DNA from: Flaccisagitta enflata
Taxonomy: Eukaryota
Assembly (NCBI GenBank): GCA_965153355.1
Contig: OZ231126.1
Span: forward strand, 48,112,001-48,176,000
Reading direction: 5' to 3'
Length of the DNA: 64,000 nucleotides
Part shown: positions 47,301 through 61,049 of the stretch, piece by piece
Numbering within the stretch: the stretch's first letter is position 1
Layout of the letters: the number at the start of each line of letters is the position of its first letter
Made by a program: the position numbers and the translations under genes
The notes under the pieces: model-generated
Database searches by the model: none
Told to the model about the DNA's origin: nothing
What the model saw: the letters and a program-made list of their open reading frames with translations, nothing else

Positions 47301-49556
47301 CCAAGATTAGGTTGGCGAGGTTGGAACAGGTCGCTGAGGCTAGGAATAGGTTGGTGAGGCCTGTATTAGGTTGATGAGGCCAAGATAAGCCGGGGTTTTT
47401 GGGTGCTTCACAAGGCATAAGTTGGGAATATCTTTTGTATTGATTTAGATTTAAAGTGTGTTGGTTAAAAAAAATCAAGGTATTAAAAAAAAATAACTTT
47501 AATGTTAAAACACTTGCTGTAGAAGAGTTTACGTGAAATGTAGATAAACTAATTATAAAAGTAAATTGGTATTAATTATTTTTAAAAATATCAGTATGTT
47601 GATTGATTATACTGCTTAATACAAATCAGGTTTTTATAAAAAACAAAAAATATAAAAGATATAACTTTTATTATGATAAAATCAAATTGATCATTATATT
47701 TATGATTAAAAGAGATATAATGAAATTCCTTACTTTTGATATGTGGAGCACCCAACCGGGGTTAGGACGCTGAGACAGGGATGCATCGCAATGCCTGACA
47801 GCTGTAGATGCATCTTCAAATACAGTTGAATCTCGCTCCAATGGATAGCAAGGGACCAAAAAATTTTTTACTCACTCCGCTCACTCGCTCCGCAGCGCTC
47901 CGCAGCGCTCTGCAGCGCTCCATTTTGCTACGCTCACTCGTTCCATTCACGGGCTCTCTGACACACTTCATTCACTCCTTTGGACGATTGAAATTCATGA
48001 AAATGTGATCACACTGTAATCGCGCATAAGAGGATTTAACGCGATAATTGTCATCACTAGAAACACGCCCTTAGTGTGGCTGTGTTATGTCACATTTGGC
48101 CAAAACGCATCACGTATGGCCGAAATGTGTTACATGTAGCCGTTATATAACAAGTGACGTGGGTCCACAATATTGAGGCAGACAGGTGGGCAGGGGCATA
48201 TCAACGCAATCCATTCCCTTCCCAAACCCAAGCTCCGGGTCTATTTCTACTCAAGACAATCGAGTTTTTAACACACCACTTGGTCGTTTGCATCGCGACA
48301 CAGCGCTCCGCTTTGCTACAATCGCTCCGCTCGCTCCGTTCATGAACAGACTGGCAGACAGATAACAGACAAACAGAGTTGTTTGTTCGCAACTTAAAAC
48401 GTTTTAATTTTTGATATGTAAGAAAAATGTTCTATGCGATTGCAGTAAAAGTAATTACGTGATTGCTGTTCAACTCACTCAGGATACGTCAAGGGGTTGG
48501 AAGATCATTCATGCAAAGTTTCTGAAATTTTCATCGAACATTTTTTAAGCTGTATTTGCTTGAAATTTTCAGGCTGGTTGGCGTGGGTTTACTTCTCAAA
48601 AATTCCTGAAATTTAATACAGTAGTAGACATGGTCATTTGACATTACCGCACAAAAAATTAAGCCAATCCGTTGATTTGTCTCTGAGTTATGGCATTTCA
48701 AAAATCAGAAAAGATAAGTCACAATGATTTCAATTCATGATTCGATTTGTGCGTGGGAGCATTTGCTCGATTCACTAATGACAGCTAAGCTTTATTTTCA
48801 GCATAGGGCAGAGTGGCTTCACGGCCTATTGGTTAAGTTGCTGAACTTCAGACTTTGCTGTCGCGAGTTCGAACCTGGTTAGACACTCCTTTTTAAATTC
48901 TGACATTTCAGGGAAGCTGGAAGAGGAGGGATGAAGGGAGACCACGTGACAGAAAAAGAGTGGCAGCGAGGGTGCGCAAACATCCGAGAGCAGTAAAGGA
49001 ACTATAATTAAAAGCATATTTGTCTGGAAGAATTTCAATTAAATTCTGAGCCCGGCATTAGAAATTTACAATGCGAAAGGATTAAGAAAGTAACTTGCGC
49101 CAACTGATCGTTTCTTTTCAATTATTTATGTCTGTCAGTTATCTGTGGATCGGTATCGTGGTTTCTCTCGTATTGTGGACGATTTGGAAGTTTTTCATTT
49201 GGCGTGACATTCCAGAGAGGATTTTGGAGGAAGAGGAAAGGCTGGCTAAGGAGAAACAACTACACAAGCAGACTAAACAAGAGGTAAAATCGTATGCTCC
49301 ACTGCGTAACGGGAGTGTCATCGTAGTAGCTTTGAATAATAGAATATGAGAGCAGTTCTGCATGCATGGTTTCAAAAATTGGTCAAAAGCTACAAGGTAT
49401 TGCCGTGGCTTCACGAACGAATCGCTTATCGAATGTGGATATCCTTAAGTTTCGCGATTTGAATGTTCCCATCAGGATAAGAAATTGGGCTCACGGGAGC
49501 GACCGAAATCACTACACACTGCCGGATTGAAACGCCGCCAATTGAGAGCCGAGTGA
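41399..49556 (+). CDS. PTDSS2: Phosphatidylserine synthase 2
   Basis: Exons 41399-41803, 42154-42322, 42476-42557, 42663-42742, 44873-45072, 45211-45342, 45555-45688, 49139-49283 and probable last exon 49476-49556 (or read-through stop at 49349). Motifs [48 protein letters not shown] are PSS2-type. Confidence 0.93.
43208..44535. mobile_element. Foldback TIR element flanked by TATA in PTDSS2 intron 4
   Basis: tata|GGGTCATTTCAGCACAAATCACAC ... GTGTGATTTGTGCTGAAATGACCC|tata; arms of roughly 480 bp once the nested insert is removed. Confidence 0.9.
43585..43884. mobile_element. hAT-type MITE nested in the foldback element
   Basis: CAGGCCTGTATAT...ATATACACCCCTG TIRs; exact 8-bp TSD ATTCAAAT at 43577-43584 and 43885-43892; absent from the mirror arm. 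Confidence 0.85.
46455..47070. repeat. Degenerate ~22-bp purine-rich minisatellite (GAAGGAGAAGAACGACAACAAT-like)
   Basis: Directly visible in PTDSS2 intron 7. Confidence 0.8.
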
Positions 49557-50144
49557 AGTAACTGTTTTGCGCGAAACGGGTTAAGTCTGCCATTTTAATC
49601 TGCCGTAGATCTCTTTTGATCGTTTCATGTCAGTTTTCTTCCGCTCTTTTAAGTTGGAATCACTTGTACATTCTCTCAAGTTGAGAGAGAGACAGAATGA
49701 CGCAAGAGAAACTGTCTTTGCCAAGCATTATTCCGTCGTCGTTGTTGATAAATGTGTATGTTTATGAAGCTTGCTCCGTACTCTCATTGATCTGTGCAAG
49801 ATATATATTTATTTCTACATAATCTGTTAAGGCTGGGGTGCTCGGTAATATGGTCGTTATGCTTTTAAAATATCGACCCTCTCGCTTCGATCTTGTTACA
49901 TTAAGTTTTAGAAAATAGAATGAAAAAAATCATTTTGTTTGTTTTAGTTTTCTTCCTTCCATTTAATACCTTAGCCTTCGAATGGATAACTAATCAGCCT
50001 CGCGCTTTATTGGGAATTTCGTCGGGATATGGAATACTGTTTTTGTCTTCCTCGGGTCGGGTGGGTCGGGTGGTGGAGCCTGATCCAGTTCTTTATCTCT
50101 CACGTCGGCTTCGATTCCTAGAAAATTGATGACAAGTGAGGGGT

Positions 50145-51405
50145 TACACAGTCCATCAAATCCCACCCTGATGGAAAACAAGGTCGGATACAAGGCAATC
50201 CAGTCGCGGACGGTTGGGCAGGAGCAGTAATGTGAAAACCGCTCGAAATTCAAAAATGTGACGGACGGACGGACGGACCGACGGACCTACCGACATGCCG
50301 ACCGACACGGCAAGGTGTAGAGTCGCGTGTCCGCGACTAAAAACCACCTTACACCACTAAATCCACAAGACCACTCCACCGACTTACATGGTCCATCAAA
50401 TCCCGCCCTAATGGGAAAAACCACTTTACGCCACTTTATCCCACTCCACCCACCTACACAGTCCATCAAATCCCGCCCTGATGAAAATATCAAATCCCGC
50501 CCTGATGAAAATAAAGCACCAAATACCACTTCATCCCACTCAACTTACCTACACAGTCCAAATCCCACCCTGATAGGAAAAAAAACACCTAATGCCACTT
50601 AATCCCACTAAACCCACCTACACAATCCAAGTCCCACCCTGATGGGAAACAGATCGCAAGTTAAGGGCAATATGTGGTCAGCGTTACCTGTTGCCCTGCT
50701 TTGTATGATTATAAATTGGAATGAGGGGAAGCAAGGCAGCAGCCCCAAAGGGGACAAGGTCCTGTAGAACGCAGGGGAACTTTTGTTTCTCTGTACATCA
50801 AATCCAGTTTGAGGTCAGAGGGCAGATTTGGGGCTCAAAAGTGCAGAATTAGGGCCTGGGGCTGAGAAGACCGACTAGGTTTGAAAGGATGATTTCAGGC
50901 CTTTGAGGGCTGATTTTAGGCCAGAGAGGGCAGATTTTAGGCCTGAGAGGGCAGATTTAAGGCCTGAGAGGGCAGATTTCAGGCCTGAGAGGGCAGGTTT
51001 CAGTTCTGAGAAGTCTGATCTGGCACTTGAAATGGAAACAGTTACGATAATCATAAAATGTATGACAGATCTCCACTGAGGGAATTGCAATGGTAAACAA
51101 CACTCAGTTAAAATTAAAGATACACTAATAATGGAGGGGAAGAATGAATGAACAAACAAATGGACGAACGTATGAATGAACGAATGTCCTTGTGTTCTAC
51201 AGGACTTCATCCCCTTTGGGGCTGCTGCCCAAAAACCACCTTACGCTACTTTATCCCATTCAACCCAACTACACAGTCCATCAAATCCCACGATGGGAAA
51301 AACCACCTTATGTAACTTTATCCCACTCAACCCACTTACACAGTCCAAGTTCCACCCTGATGGGGAAAAACCACTTTACGCCACTTTAACCCACTCAACC
51401 CACCA
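50145..51405. repeat. ~55-60-bp tandem repeat (..CCCACTCAACCCACCTACACAGTCCATCAAATCCCACCCTGATGGGAAAA..) interrupted by two insertions
   Basis: Units at 50145-50177, 50343-50650, 51234-51405; family A copy at 50177-50343 and family B copy at ~50650-51233. Confidence 0.7.
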
Positions 51406-51599
51406 GCCATGTGTCACAAATTCTCACGCTTGCCATATATTTTCAAGATGACCCTTGTTATTCGCTTCCTTAAGTTCCTAGGTAAGATGCATCATTTTTT
51501 TTGCTGAAGCCTTCAACGTTCTTAATTTTAGAGCGATTTTAAGCCTTGATATTCTTATGTATTGGACAACATTACTTTAAAATTAGGTCCTTAAAAGAA

Positions 51600-52313
51600 A
51601 TAGCAGCCCAAAGGCAGTTAGTGGTCAGCAGTACCCGTGCCCTGCTTGAGGAGTATGTGATTTATGAGGGGGATGAAGTCTTGTAGACCACAGGGGAAAT
51701 GTGTCCATCCGTTTATCTATCCATCCTTCAGTCTGACTTCTGTCCAGGATGCCCGGTTATTCAAACTCTTTGAATAACATGGAGAGATGACAAAATGCAG
51801 TTCATCAAGAATGGTACTCGTGCCTTTCTCGAGTAGTTTCTAGGTTAGGTTGAGGGGGGAGCAGGTCAAGAGCTGGGTCTCAGAGACCAATTTCTTGGAC
51901 TCGGGGGCTAGGATTAGGTTCTCTGAGGCCGGGATTAGGTTCTCTGAGGCCAGGATTAGGTTTTCTGAGACCAGGATTAGGTTTTCTGAGGCCTGAATCT
52001 GGGTCTCTGAGACCAGAATCTTGGTCTCTAATACTAGGATGTGGGTTTTAGAAGCCAGAATCTAGGTATCAGAAGCCAGAATGTAAGTCTAAGGGGCTTA
52101 AATGATAGAATTCAGACCAGATTTTAGGTTTTCTAGCCAGATTTAGACCATTTTGCTTGGATTTGGGCTATTTTGCTTGGATTTGGGCCATACAGTTCGG
52201 ATCTGGGGGGCCCAGAGGATGAGGCTGGGGGGATGGAGGTATGGATAGACAGACGGACAGATTCCCCCTATGTTCTACAGGACTGCGTCCCCTTCGGAGC
52301 CGCTGCCCAAAAA
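51600..52313 (+). mobile_element. Family B inverted-repeat element
   Basis: GCCCAAAGGCAG..GTGGTCAGC start; internal 21-bp repeats; end CCCCTATGTTCTACAGGACTGCGTCCCCTTCGGAGCCGCTGCCCAAAA. Confidence 0.6.
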
Positions 52314-52431
52314 GTGTAGTTGTGAGCAATCCGGAGAAAACATCATAGGCTGTCATGACGTCATCTTTATGAAAAGGAATTCTGGCCTCTTGTGAAAGCA
52401 GTTTTGTTCTGTCATTGCTTTTATAGTTGGG

Positions 52432-55400
52432 CTAGTTCAACTTGATTTTTATCATACCTTCATTTATTTTAATGTCGTTTGACAGTCTTGTTGTTCTAGA
52501 GCGGGATCTCGAGCTTGATTTCGAAAAAGTAGTATTGATACCATCAACTACGTTCACGAAAAGTCTTCGGCATCGTACCTTCATTATCTGAAAGGCACGA
52601 GAGAATCTATGGTTCAAACCGGATGTTCCCACACATCTTCATGTGGTTAGCATGTCAACGCATCTTAACCTGTAGTTTATAGTTGTCTCATTGTTATATC
52701 AACCATAACGATAACAACAACAGAACCGACCCTTTTAAGGTGCCACAAAGCACCTCTTTAACTGGCTCTGTCCTGCGGTCTGTCTGTCTGTCTGTCTGTA
52801 ACGCATTCGTTCGACGATCAACACGTCGCAACTTATTGGCCTACTGGGCCTTGTTAATTCACCTTGTTAACTTGCTGCAGACGAATGGTGTAAATGAAGA
52901 AGTTGCTCGCGTAGTTCAAATTCATCAACAGATTCAGAATTGAGCGCATGCGTGTAATCAGTAATATGTTCGCTTCATACGTTTTGTTATGGATTTTCCA
53001 GTTCACGTACTGACAAATAGGAGACATATCGACCGGAACCGTTATGCCCTCAAGGTGGCGTTATTATAAACCAGTCGCCCAAGGGCGATATGTGGTCAGC
53101 GATATCCGTTGCCCTTCTTTGTAAATTGGGGGATAGTAGGTGATGGTTAGCGGGATAGTGGCCCCGAAAGAAAATGATTTGTAGAATACAGGGGGACTTC
53201 CACCTGATTGAGTTTGTGAAGCTGGAGGCTATGATTTTTGAACCTTGAGACTAGGATTTCAGCTTTTAGGCTGAGATTTGAGCCTCCAGGTTGGGATTTG
53301 AGCCCATAAGCTGGAATTTGAGCTTCGAGGCTGGGATTCAGGTTTTTTGGCTTAGATTTGGGCCTCCAGGCTGGGAACTGATTGTTGAGGATGGGATTTG
53401 AGTCCTTAAGGCTGGGGAGGGGGAAAAATGGACAAATGAATGAACAAACAAATGAGTGTCCCCTGTGTTTTGCAGGACATCTTTCCCTTTGGGGCCTAAG
53501 AGGGCAAATTAAAGGCCTGAGAGGGCAGATTCAAGGTCTGAGAGGGCAGATTTGAGGCTTGGGAGGACATATTTGAAGTCTGAAAAGGCTGACTTGAGGC
53601 CTAAGAGGCTCGGAAGGATTGGTAGGGCAGATTGGAGGTCTGAGAGGGATGATCTGAGACCTGAGAGGGTGAAGTTTATGCCCCTGACTCTCTTGCCGAC
53701 AGGCCTGATTTGAAGCTTGATAGGGCTCATTTGAAGCTTGATAGGGCTGATTTGAGGCCTGAGAGGTGTATTATAGACCTAAGTGGAAGATTTGAGGCTT
53801 GAGAGGTTCGATTGGACAGCTATGGGGGTTATGTCAAGGCTTGAGAAGGCTGATTTCAGGCTTGAGAGGGCTGATTACAGGCCTGAGAGGGGGGATGAAT
53901 AAACAGAAAAAAGTCCCCCTGCGTTCTACAGAACCTCATCTCCTTCGGGGCCGCTGCCCAAAAACGTCTTGGACGTGCGGACGGACTGTTTCCTATTAAG
54001 TCACTAGGCTGCCACTTTAAAGTAAAAAGTTAGTGAAAGTGGAGAACGCATGTTCTTATTAGGCCGGGGAACGTTATGCCATTGAGTGGCAACAAATGTT
54101 GGTTTACCTCTGCGGCGAGGCTCTCGGGCACTGTAGTTACGATGTACCAACAAGACACGCACAGCAAGGTCATGGTTACACGCCTGTTGACCTTTGACAT
54201 AGGAAGTCTTTGGTTTTGCTGCTGAATGCAAGTTAAATTGGATTTGGCGCTTGCTGTAGTGGGCTAGATGAAATCGCCTAGACTGCTCAAGCATACGAAT
54301 GCAGGCAACTACGTCCGTTGTGTTGGTGATAAGAATTTTTGGTCGCGTGCACGCGACTCTACACCCCGCTTTGTCCGTCCGTCCGTTGGTCGGTCTGTCT
54401 ATCTGTCTGTCGGTTCGTCACACTTTTACTTATGGGAGTTGGCCTTGTTTTTACTCTTTCTTACCCTGCCCACCACATGTGGCTGTTTGGGTAAATTTGC
54501 CGTGGCGCTAGAAGGAAATCTGTTATCTGTTGCTAGAAGAAAATCTGTTATCTGTTGTCGAGAAAATCTGCGATGTCTCACCCAGGAGAGGAGCTCGCCG
54601 GTTTTTTTGTTGATTCCCTTTTCCATCGATACGATGATGACCACGTTAGATATGATGATCAATCCCGAAGGGATCACGAAACTGAGAGGAAATCAATTTG
54701 ACGCAGACTAATCGGCTCACAGAAATTATCTACAGGGTGTCGGGGTCACAAGTCAGCTGTAGAGCTGATAAACTTTACCTACTAATACAGGTCGTTACCG
54801 ATGTTGATTTTTTAGTTGCGGACACGCAACTCTAAGAGGCTTTAACCGCCTGTCAGTCTGTCCGTCCGTTGGTCCGAGTCATAAAGTGGGGAAATACGTG
54901 TTTTTGAATTCTTTTCGCATATGTTTGTCTGTCTAAAGAAGATTTGGGTATGGATAGGGGTTGGACGCCTATGCCCACCCGTCCTCAACGATTTTGTGTA
55001 CCCGCGTCACTTGTTTTTACCCAAGTTCATTAAAGCCATACCCTGTGATACCCTGAATGGTGAATAAACGAGTAACAAGACTGGTAAGTCGCTTACGACA
55101 TGTTAGCTTACTTTCCCACAGTGACCAAATTCCAGTAATGCAGAAAATCTTGCCCCTCCGGAATGCAAGTTAACTTTAGCTCGATGTTAGGTGACCCAAT
55201 CTTGTAAAATATCCACAATTGTGAAGTCAACGTGATGGAAAGCAACAATCCCATTACGATGTACGGTTTCTTTTTTTGGGCATATGTGATAGTATAGCAA
55301 CAATGGCGAGGCGTGGTAGAACGGGTAAGCAAGACGGGTGAAGAGAGGGAAAAAAATTCTTTGTCAAAACTCAATTCATTGTTGGACACACGACTGCTGG

Positions 55401-55611
55401 ACGCCGGTGAGCAGGGGTGAGGGGCAGGGGCGTGGGGATTGAATAAAGGGAGCGAAAAGCGCCTAGTCTTTAAGCTAGTGTCTGCGTGTGATTACATCTT
55501 TCAAATCATAATTTAGAGAGCAATGTACGATAACTGATAAATCATTGCGTGATTGATAGAATGAAAGCATTCACATTATACGATATACAGCATAATTCAA
55601 CTGAACCATGG

Positions 55612-55683
<72 letters not shown>

Positions 55684-57843
55684 TTAAACTTTAAGTTAAA
55701 GCGGAAAGGCAGCAAACTGAGTATTATGAATTTACGGAGTAATATGCTGTTACAACATCAATTAATGTTGCCGTATAGTGTTTGTAAAGAAAAGGGAGTA
55801 ATTGAAATCATACCGTTTTCTGCAAAAAAAAACCAACCAACCAAATAAACAAAAAAATAAAAAACAAAAAACAAAAACGAAACAAACAAACCAAAAAAAG
55901 TTTAGAAAATTGTACTTCTTTTGCATACTGCGAGCACTTATTTCCAGACAGCATTTAACCACCAAATAACCTAGTACCTTGTAAGTCTCCACTCTGTTGA
56001 GTGGGCAAGCGATGAGAAAGGCCCTCTCTGCACTGTAAACAACGATGATCCATGAACTCATTAGTCGGGCCACGAGACGGAAATAATAAAATAATTGACA
56101 AAATCCATTCGTGTAATCAAGGAAGTTGGTTAATTTAAAATCGCAACTCCTGTTTGAAAAGTAACGAAAAGTCAAATTTGCAGATGGTTGGGTATTCACA
56201 GTATCACATCCTAATCTCTTCTTAGTCATACATGCAATCACAACTGCGGCGTTTTCTCACTTCCTAACTGGGACGTTATCGACTGTTGGACGGACGGACC
56301 AAGCCTCATATTAGAGTTGCGTGTCTGCAACAAAAGACCTGAGAAAATATTCTAATTAAAAAAGAAAGCCATTTCTCGCATACCCACCGACTTTGCAGTC
56401 GCGTGCAGGTGGGCAGGGGCAGTGATAGAGAAGGTCACTTGGGCAGGAGCAGCGAGCTCAAACAGTTCAGAAACGCAAAAAAGTAACTAGCCGCTAAAGC
56501 ATTAGATGGTCAGTGGTACCCGTGCCCTTCCTAAGTAGGTTGTGAATGATGTTGAGAGGGGAAGCAGGGCAGCGGTCTTAATAGGGTTGATGACTTGTGC
56601 TCCTTCTCCTTCTAGCGATTGGGATTTAGGCCTTTGGGCTGAGATGTAGGCCGTGAGACTGGGATATAGGCCTTGGGGCTTGAATTTGGGCTTTGAGTCT
56701 GGGATTTAGTCCTCGGGGCTGGGATTTGGGCCTTGAGGCTGGGATTTGGGCCTTGAGACATAGATTTGGGCCTCAAGACTGGGATTTGGGCCATGAGGCA
56801 GGGATTTAGGTCTCGCGGCTGGGATATGGGCCTTAAGCTTGGGACTTGGGCCTCAACTGGGATTTGTGCCACGTGACTGGGATTTGGGTATCTTCGCTGG
56901 AATATGGGCCTTGAGGTTAGTGGGTTACAGAGAAGGAGAAAATTTCCCATATGTGTGAAAGCAGAGGTCATCAACGATTTCGGGGCCGCTGCCCATAAGG
57001 GGACTGACAGACCGACCAACCAACCAACAGACCGACGGGCCGAGGGACTATAGCACGCGTCTAACAGAAAATGGGAAATCTCGTGTTACACACAGAGAAA
57101 CAAACTCGGCCAGTTTAACTTTTACTCAAGAATTATCAAAATGATTTTCATAGAATTTTCTTAGAGATTAAGAGTTTCTGAGTATGATACTACACTACAC
57201 TTAGTCTTTGTATCTCTCAAAGGTTCAGCTTGTCAATGGCCTTAGTTTCCTATCAGAACCGTTTGGTTGTTTTGTTTTTTGTTTTGTTTTTTGTTTTTTG
57301 TTTTTTTTGTTTTTTGGTTTTTTGTATCTTCTCACCAGACCTCCGAGAGCCACTCAATGGCATTGACGATGATAACGGACGAGTCGAAGATGGCGAGAGT
57401 TTTGAGATACACTCTGGCCGAGTGACATTTTAGATTGCGCTGCGACAGGAGATGTTTGTAAGAGATGACGTTGCCGACTAAGCCGATCAAATGAATCACC
57501 GGCAAAGTGAAAGTAATCACGCGGTAAAGCGTGTCACGCAAGCACCGATCGTCTGAGTGAGTGAGTGAAGGGGATTTCCGAGAAAAGGGAAGTATGTGAC
57601 GGAATTAACGTCGGATCGTGACTGTATTTCTTATAAGTCATACGATGGTTGTTCGTCTAGTATATATATGTAAACCGGATAGAAACGTGACGTATGTGAA
57701 GGATTACAAAGAAATGTCTGCCTGACTGATTGCCCTTCTGCCTGGCTGTTCATTAGGCCCCGCGTCCCCACTCATTCATTCGTCCATTCATTCATTCGGT
57801 CGTTCATTCATTCTTTCGTCCATTTTTCAAACACACACACACA

Positions 57844-57926
<83 letters not shown>

Positions 57927-58465
57927 TTTCTCTCTTTCTTCGTCGTCCATCCGTTGGTACGTCTGTCCGGCCCTCCGTGATGGAGTTGAAAAATGTGAAG
58001 AAGCCGCATGTGGAGAATTGTTTTGTATGTGTGTGGAAAATGTGGAAGAGGGTTTGTACGCTTCTGTCGGCCCGCCGCAACGATAATGTAACCCCTCGTT
58101 ACTGGTTTGTCTATATTTCACTGTTTGTATCTTCCTGTTTATCTGCGATCTTAAATGTCTATCTATCCGCTTCCGACACTCGCAAATCATTCTCACTCTT
58201 GAATACATGTAAACGCACCAGACAAGACTTTATGGTATTGTATCGACGAAGATTCGAAAGTGACATTGGCCGCTGTTTCTGTTATCCCCGTCGCTTCCGA
58301 TGATGCGATGGTGAATTCGTCTTCCGAGTCCATGTTTGAGAATAACAAAGAAGTGTCCTCTGAGACTGCGATGGAGTCTGCGGAACTTCGACGTCGCAAC
58401 GACGACGCCGAAGATACGGTAGAAAGCTGAGACGCCGAAGAAAAGTCGGTGTTTTCTGTACTCAT
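52432..58465 (-). CDS. Class A (rhodopsin-like) GPCR, FMRFamide/sex-peptide-receptor-like orphan
   Basis: Exons (minus) 58465-58219, 57552-57336, 56149-55978, 55269-55112, 54681-54582 (may extend), 54263-54108, 53009-52863, 52587-52432. TM1 IGLVGNVIS, TM2 YLKTLAIFDS, TM3 C...SSWIIVVYSAERA, TM5 FVIPSGLIIISN, TM6 RVTMTLLCVS..Y....VP, TM7 LNYASNFFIY. C-terminal exon uncertain. Confidence 0.82.
53069..53963 (+). mobile_element. Family B inverted-repeat element (compound copy)
   Basis: AACCAGTCGCCCAAGGGCGATATGTGGTCAGCG start with hairpin; two kinds of 21-bp arrays; end CTTCGGGGCCGCTGCCCAAAAA. Confidence 0.6.
56484..56996 (+). mobile_element. Family B element nested in a family A copy
   Basis: Internal (GGGATTTGGGCCTTGAGGCT)n; inverted pair GGGCAGCGG...CCGCTGCCC; flanked by family A halves (~56395-56483 and ~57000-57065). 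Confidence 0.55.
57831..57925. repeat. (CA)n-(CT)n microsatellite (another (CT)n at 55614-55680)
   Basis: Directly visible. Confidence 0.95.
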
Positions 58466-60590
58466 ATTCGTGTCTATGAAGTTTGCGCTTCCACCCAGAC
58501 GTATAAAACTTTCTTTTGAAAAACAAGGAAAGAGAATTTAAAGCGTTAACGACGATCAGAGCTCAGAGTGCATAACTGTGTGCGTATCTAAATAAAGACA
58601 ATTGAGTGAATCCACATTATTTTAATGTTCGGTGCAGTGGAAATGTGTTTTACAGTGATGATGGCAATGATTTTTGTCTTCAGTAGGAACTAATGATTGA
58701 AAAACAAAGATCTCTTAAAACCATTGTCATGAAAGAAAACGCTTTTCGAAGATTTTTTCAATGTTGTTGGTATTTGAATCATTTTGAAACAAACAAAATC
58801 TAAGTTATAGTTGGCCTTAAAACTATGGCAACGAGCAAGGCCAGATTACAAGACAAAATTTGAATACATTATTGGTAGGCGGGTAAATGGTCGTGTAATG
58901 ATTTCAGAGGTGACAGACGCAGCGCCACTTCGCATTTTAATTGTTAGGTTTAGAAAATGGACAATTGGCATCTGCAATGATTGATGATCATTTCTAAAAA
59001 TGCTAAAATCTTTATGGAAATAAACCTGTACCAAATGAAACCGGCTTACCTGGCTGAATCACAAAAATCACTTTAGCTTGTTTCAATAGATATGATAATG
59101 ACCAATTAGTACAGCTTAAAACAAGAAAGCTTCAGTTGTCTGTCATCTTTTAAATTCAAGTTTTCTTTTTCCGTTGAAAGTTTTCATCACTTAATCAAGG
59201 GGCAGTTAAGCTTATTTCAAACGATCTGAAGCTTTCTGCGATGGTTCAAAAGCAACGCGACAGACGGCCATAGAAACGGATGGTCGTAACATCTTATAAA
59301 TTACAAATACGTCATGTATGAAAACAATGCCGATTGACAGATGAGAGATACAAGTCAATCGGCGGCCAAGAAAAATAAGTGGCTGGTGAGAGCCGCGATA
59401 TTGATCGGTTTTGTTGACAGGATCAAAGAAAGGAACGCAAAGTGCTAACTGACGAATAGCTTCTCGAAGGAACAAGGCCGGATGCATTCATAGTAAAGGA
59501 GCAAGGCCGGATGCATTCATAGTAGAAAACTTGGGACAAGTTTATGGGATTGGGCAGTCGTGGAATATTAAAAAAAAAAACAAGTGACGCGGGGTCACAA
59601 TATCTTTGCGGACGGGTGGGCAGGAATCCGACCCCCATCCACACCCCTCGGCCCTCACCCCTATTCCATACACAAACAAACACAAAAAGTATCCAAAACG
59701 CTTGTTTGTTTTGTTTTTGTTTTCAATTTCCACCTTTTCAACTCAATCACCACGGTTGGACCGACGGATCAACGGACCGACGGACAGACGGTCAAAGCCT
59801 CTTGTAGAGTTGTCCACAACTTTAAATCTAAACTGGAATAGTTAAGCTGGAGAACATCAACTTCAAAGCAAAGCCAATGGCTTGTAGATCCGGTGCAATA
59901 AGTCGCACATCTGCATTGACATCATCCGTCTCTAGCGACAATCAATCACTCATCTCTATTTCAAACATATATTGATACAGAGAATGAAAAGAAATCATTG
60001 ACCAGGAAATTATTGAGTTAAGAAAGTTCTCGACAGACCAAACGACTAAGTTTTGGAAACACATGGCAGGCGAAATAAAAAATCATGCAAGTTATGTAAT
60101 GCATAAGATATAGTCAACGCATACGTTTTGATAACTGAAAAGAGAACTATCAACATCTGTAAGAATACTCCGAGATGAAATCAAAGTGCATTTTTAGTGG
60201 AGGGAAGAGATTCACGAGCTTTTTCCGTAAAGAATAAAGATAGTACGGCTTTGGTATTTACGAGGACGCAGAAGAGAGGAACAAAATGAAGAGTGATTGA
60301 AATTTGAATAATGACATTGTCGACTGATGAAATGGTGATTACGAAAACATGGACGATTTTAACAGATTTATTGAGGAAACCTGAGAAAGTCCTTATGAAG
60401 CGAAATATATGAGTTATGAAATATTTTTAAAGATACTTGAAGACGAAGAGGAGTATTTACTGCGCTCTGAGGAAAATGATATTCGGGAGTCATGACCGTG
60501 TAGACTGTAGAGAATAGGTAAAAATACTCTCAATAACACAACAGATACACACACACAGATACACGCAGTGATTTGTAAAATACCGTGTTC

Positions 60591-61049
60591 CAGGGAGGGT
60601 GAGAGAAATGACGCCCCCCCCCCACTAGCCCCCTTAGCCGGACCCCCGCCCTGCCCATTATTATCTGTATGAAATGTTAAATAAAAAATAATGAAATTTT
60701 CAATTTATAATTTCAATGTTCAACTTTTTGTTTTCTGATATCATGTTTTTGCCTAGAATATTATTTTTTTATTCATAAAAATATTCTTTGAAATTATTCA
60801 AATTGAGGTAAATTCTCGAGTGAAATGGACCAAACCTCAAAGAGTAAATAATTTGTAAATATACAAGCATGGGTTTTATTAAAATAATATTTTTCTACTT
60901 TTCATTTTTTTCTTTACTTATTTTGTTTTTTTTTCTCTCTACTTTTTTTCTTTTGTTTCCTGCTATCTCAAGAGCCCTCCCAGGCCCCCCTGGGTCCCGG
61001 GCCCCCCTGGGTCCCGGGCCCCCATATTGTCCCCCTCTCGCCGCCCTTG
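60591..61049. mobile_element. Degenerate hAT-type MITE
   Basis: CAGGGAGGGTGAGAG / CTCTCGCCGCCCTTG imperfect TIRs; flanks CCGTGTTC and CCGCTTTC match at 6 of 8 bases. Confidence 0.45.
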
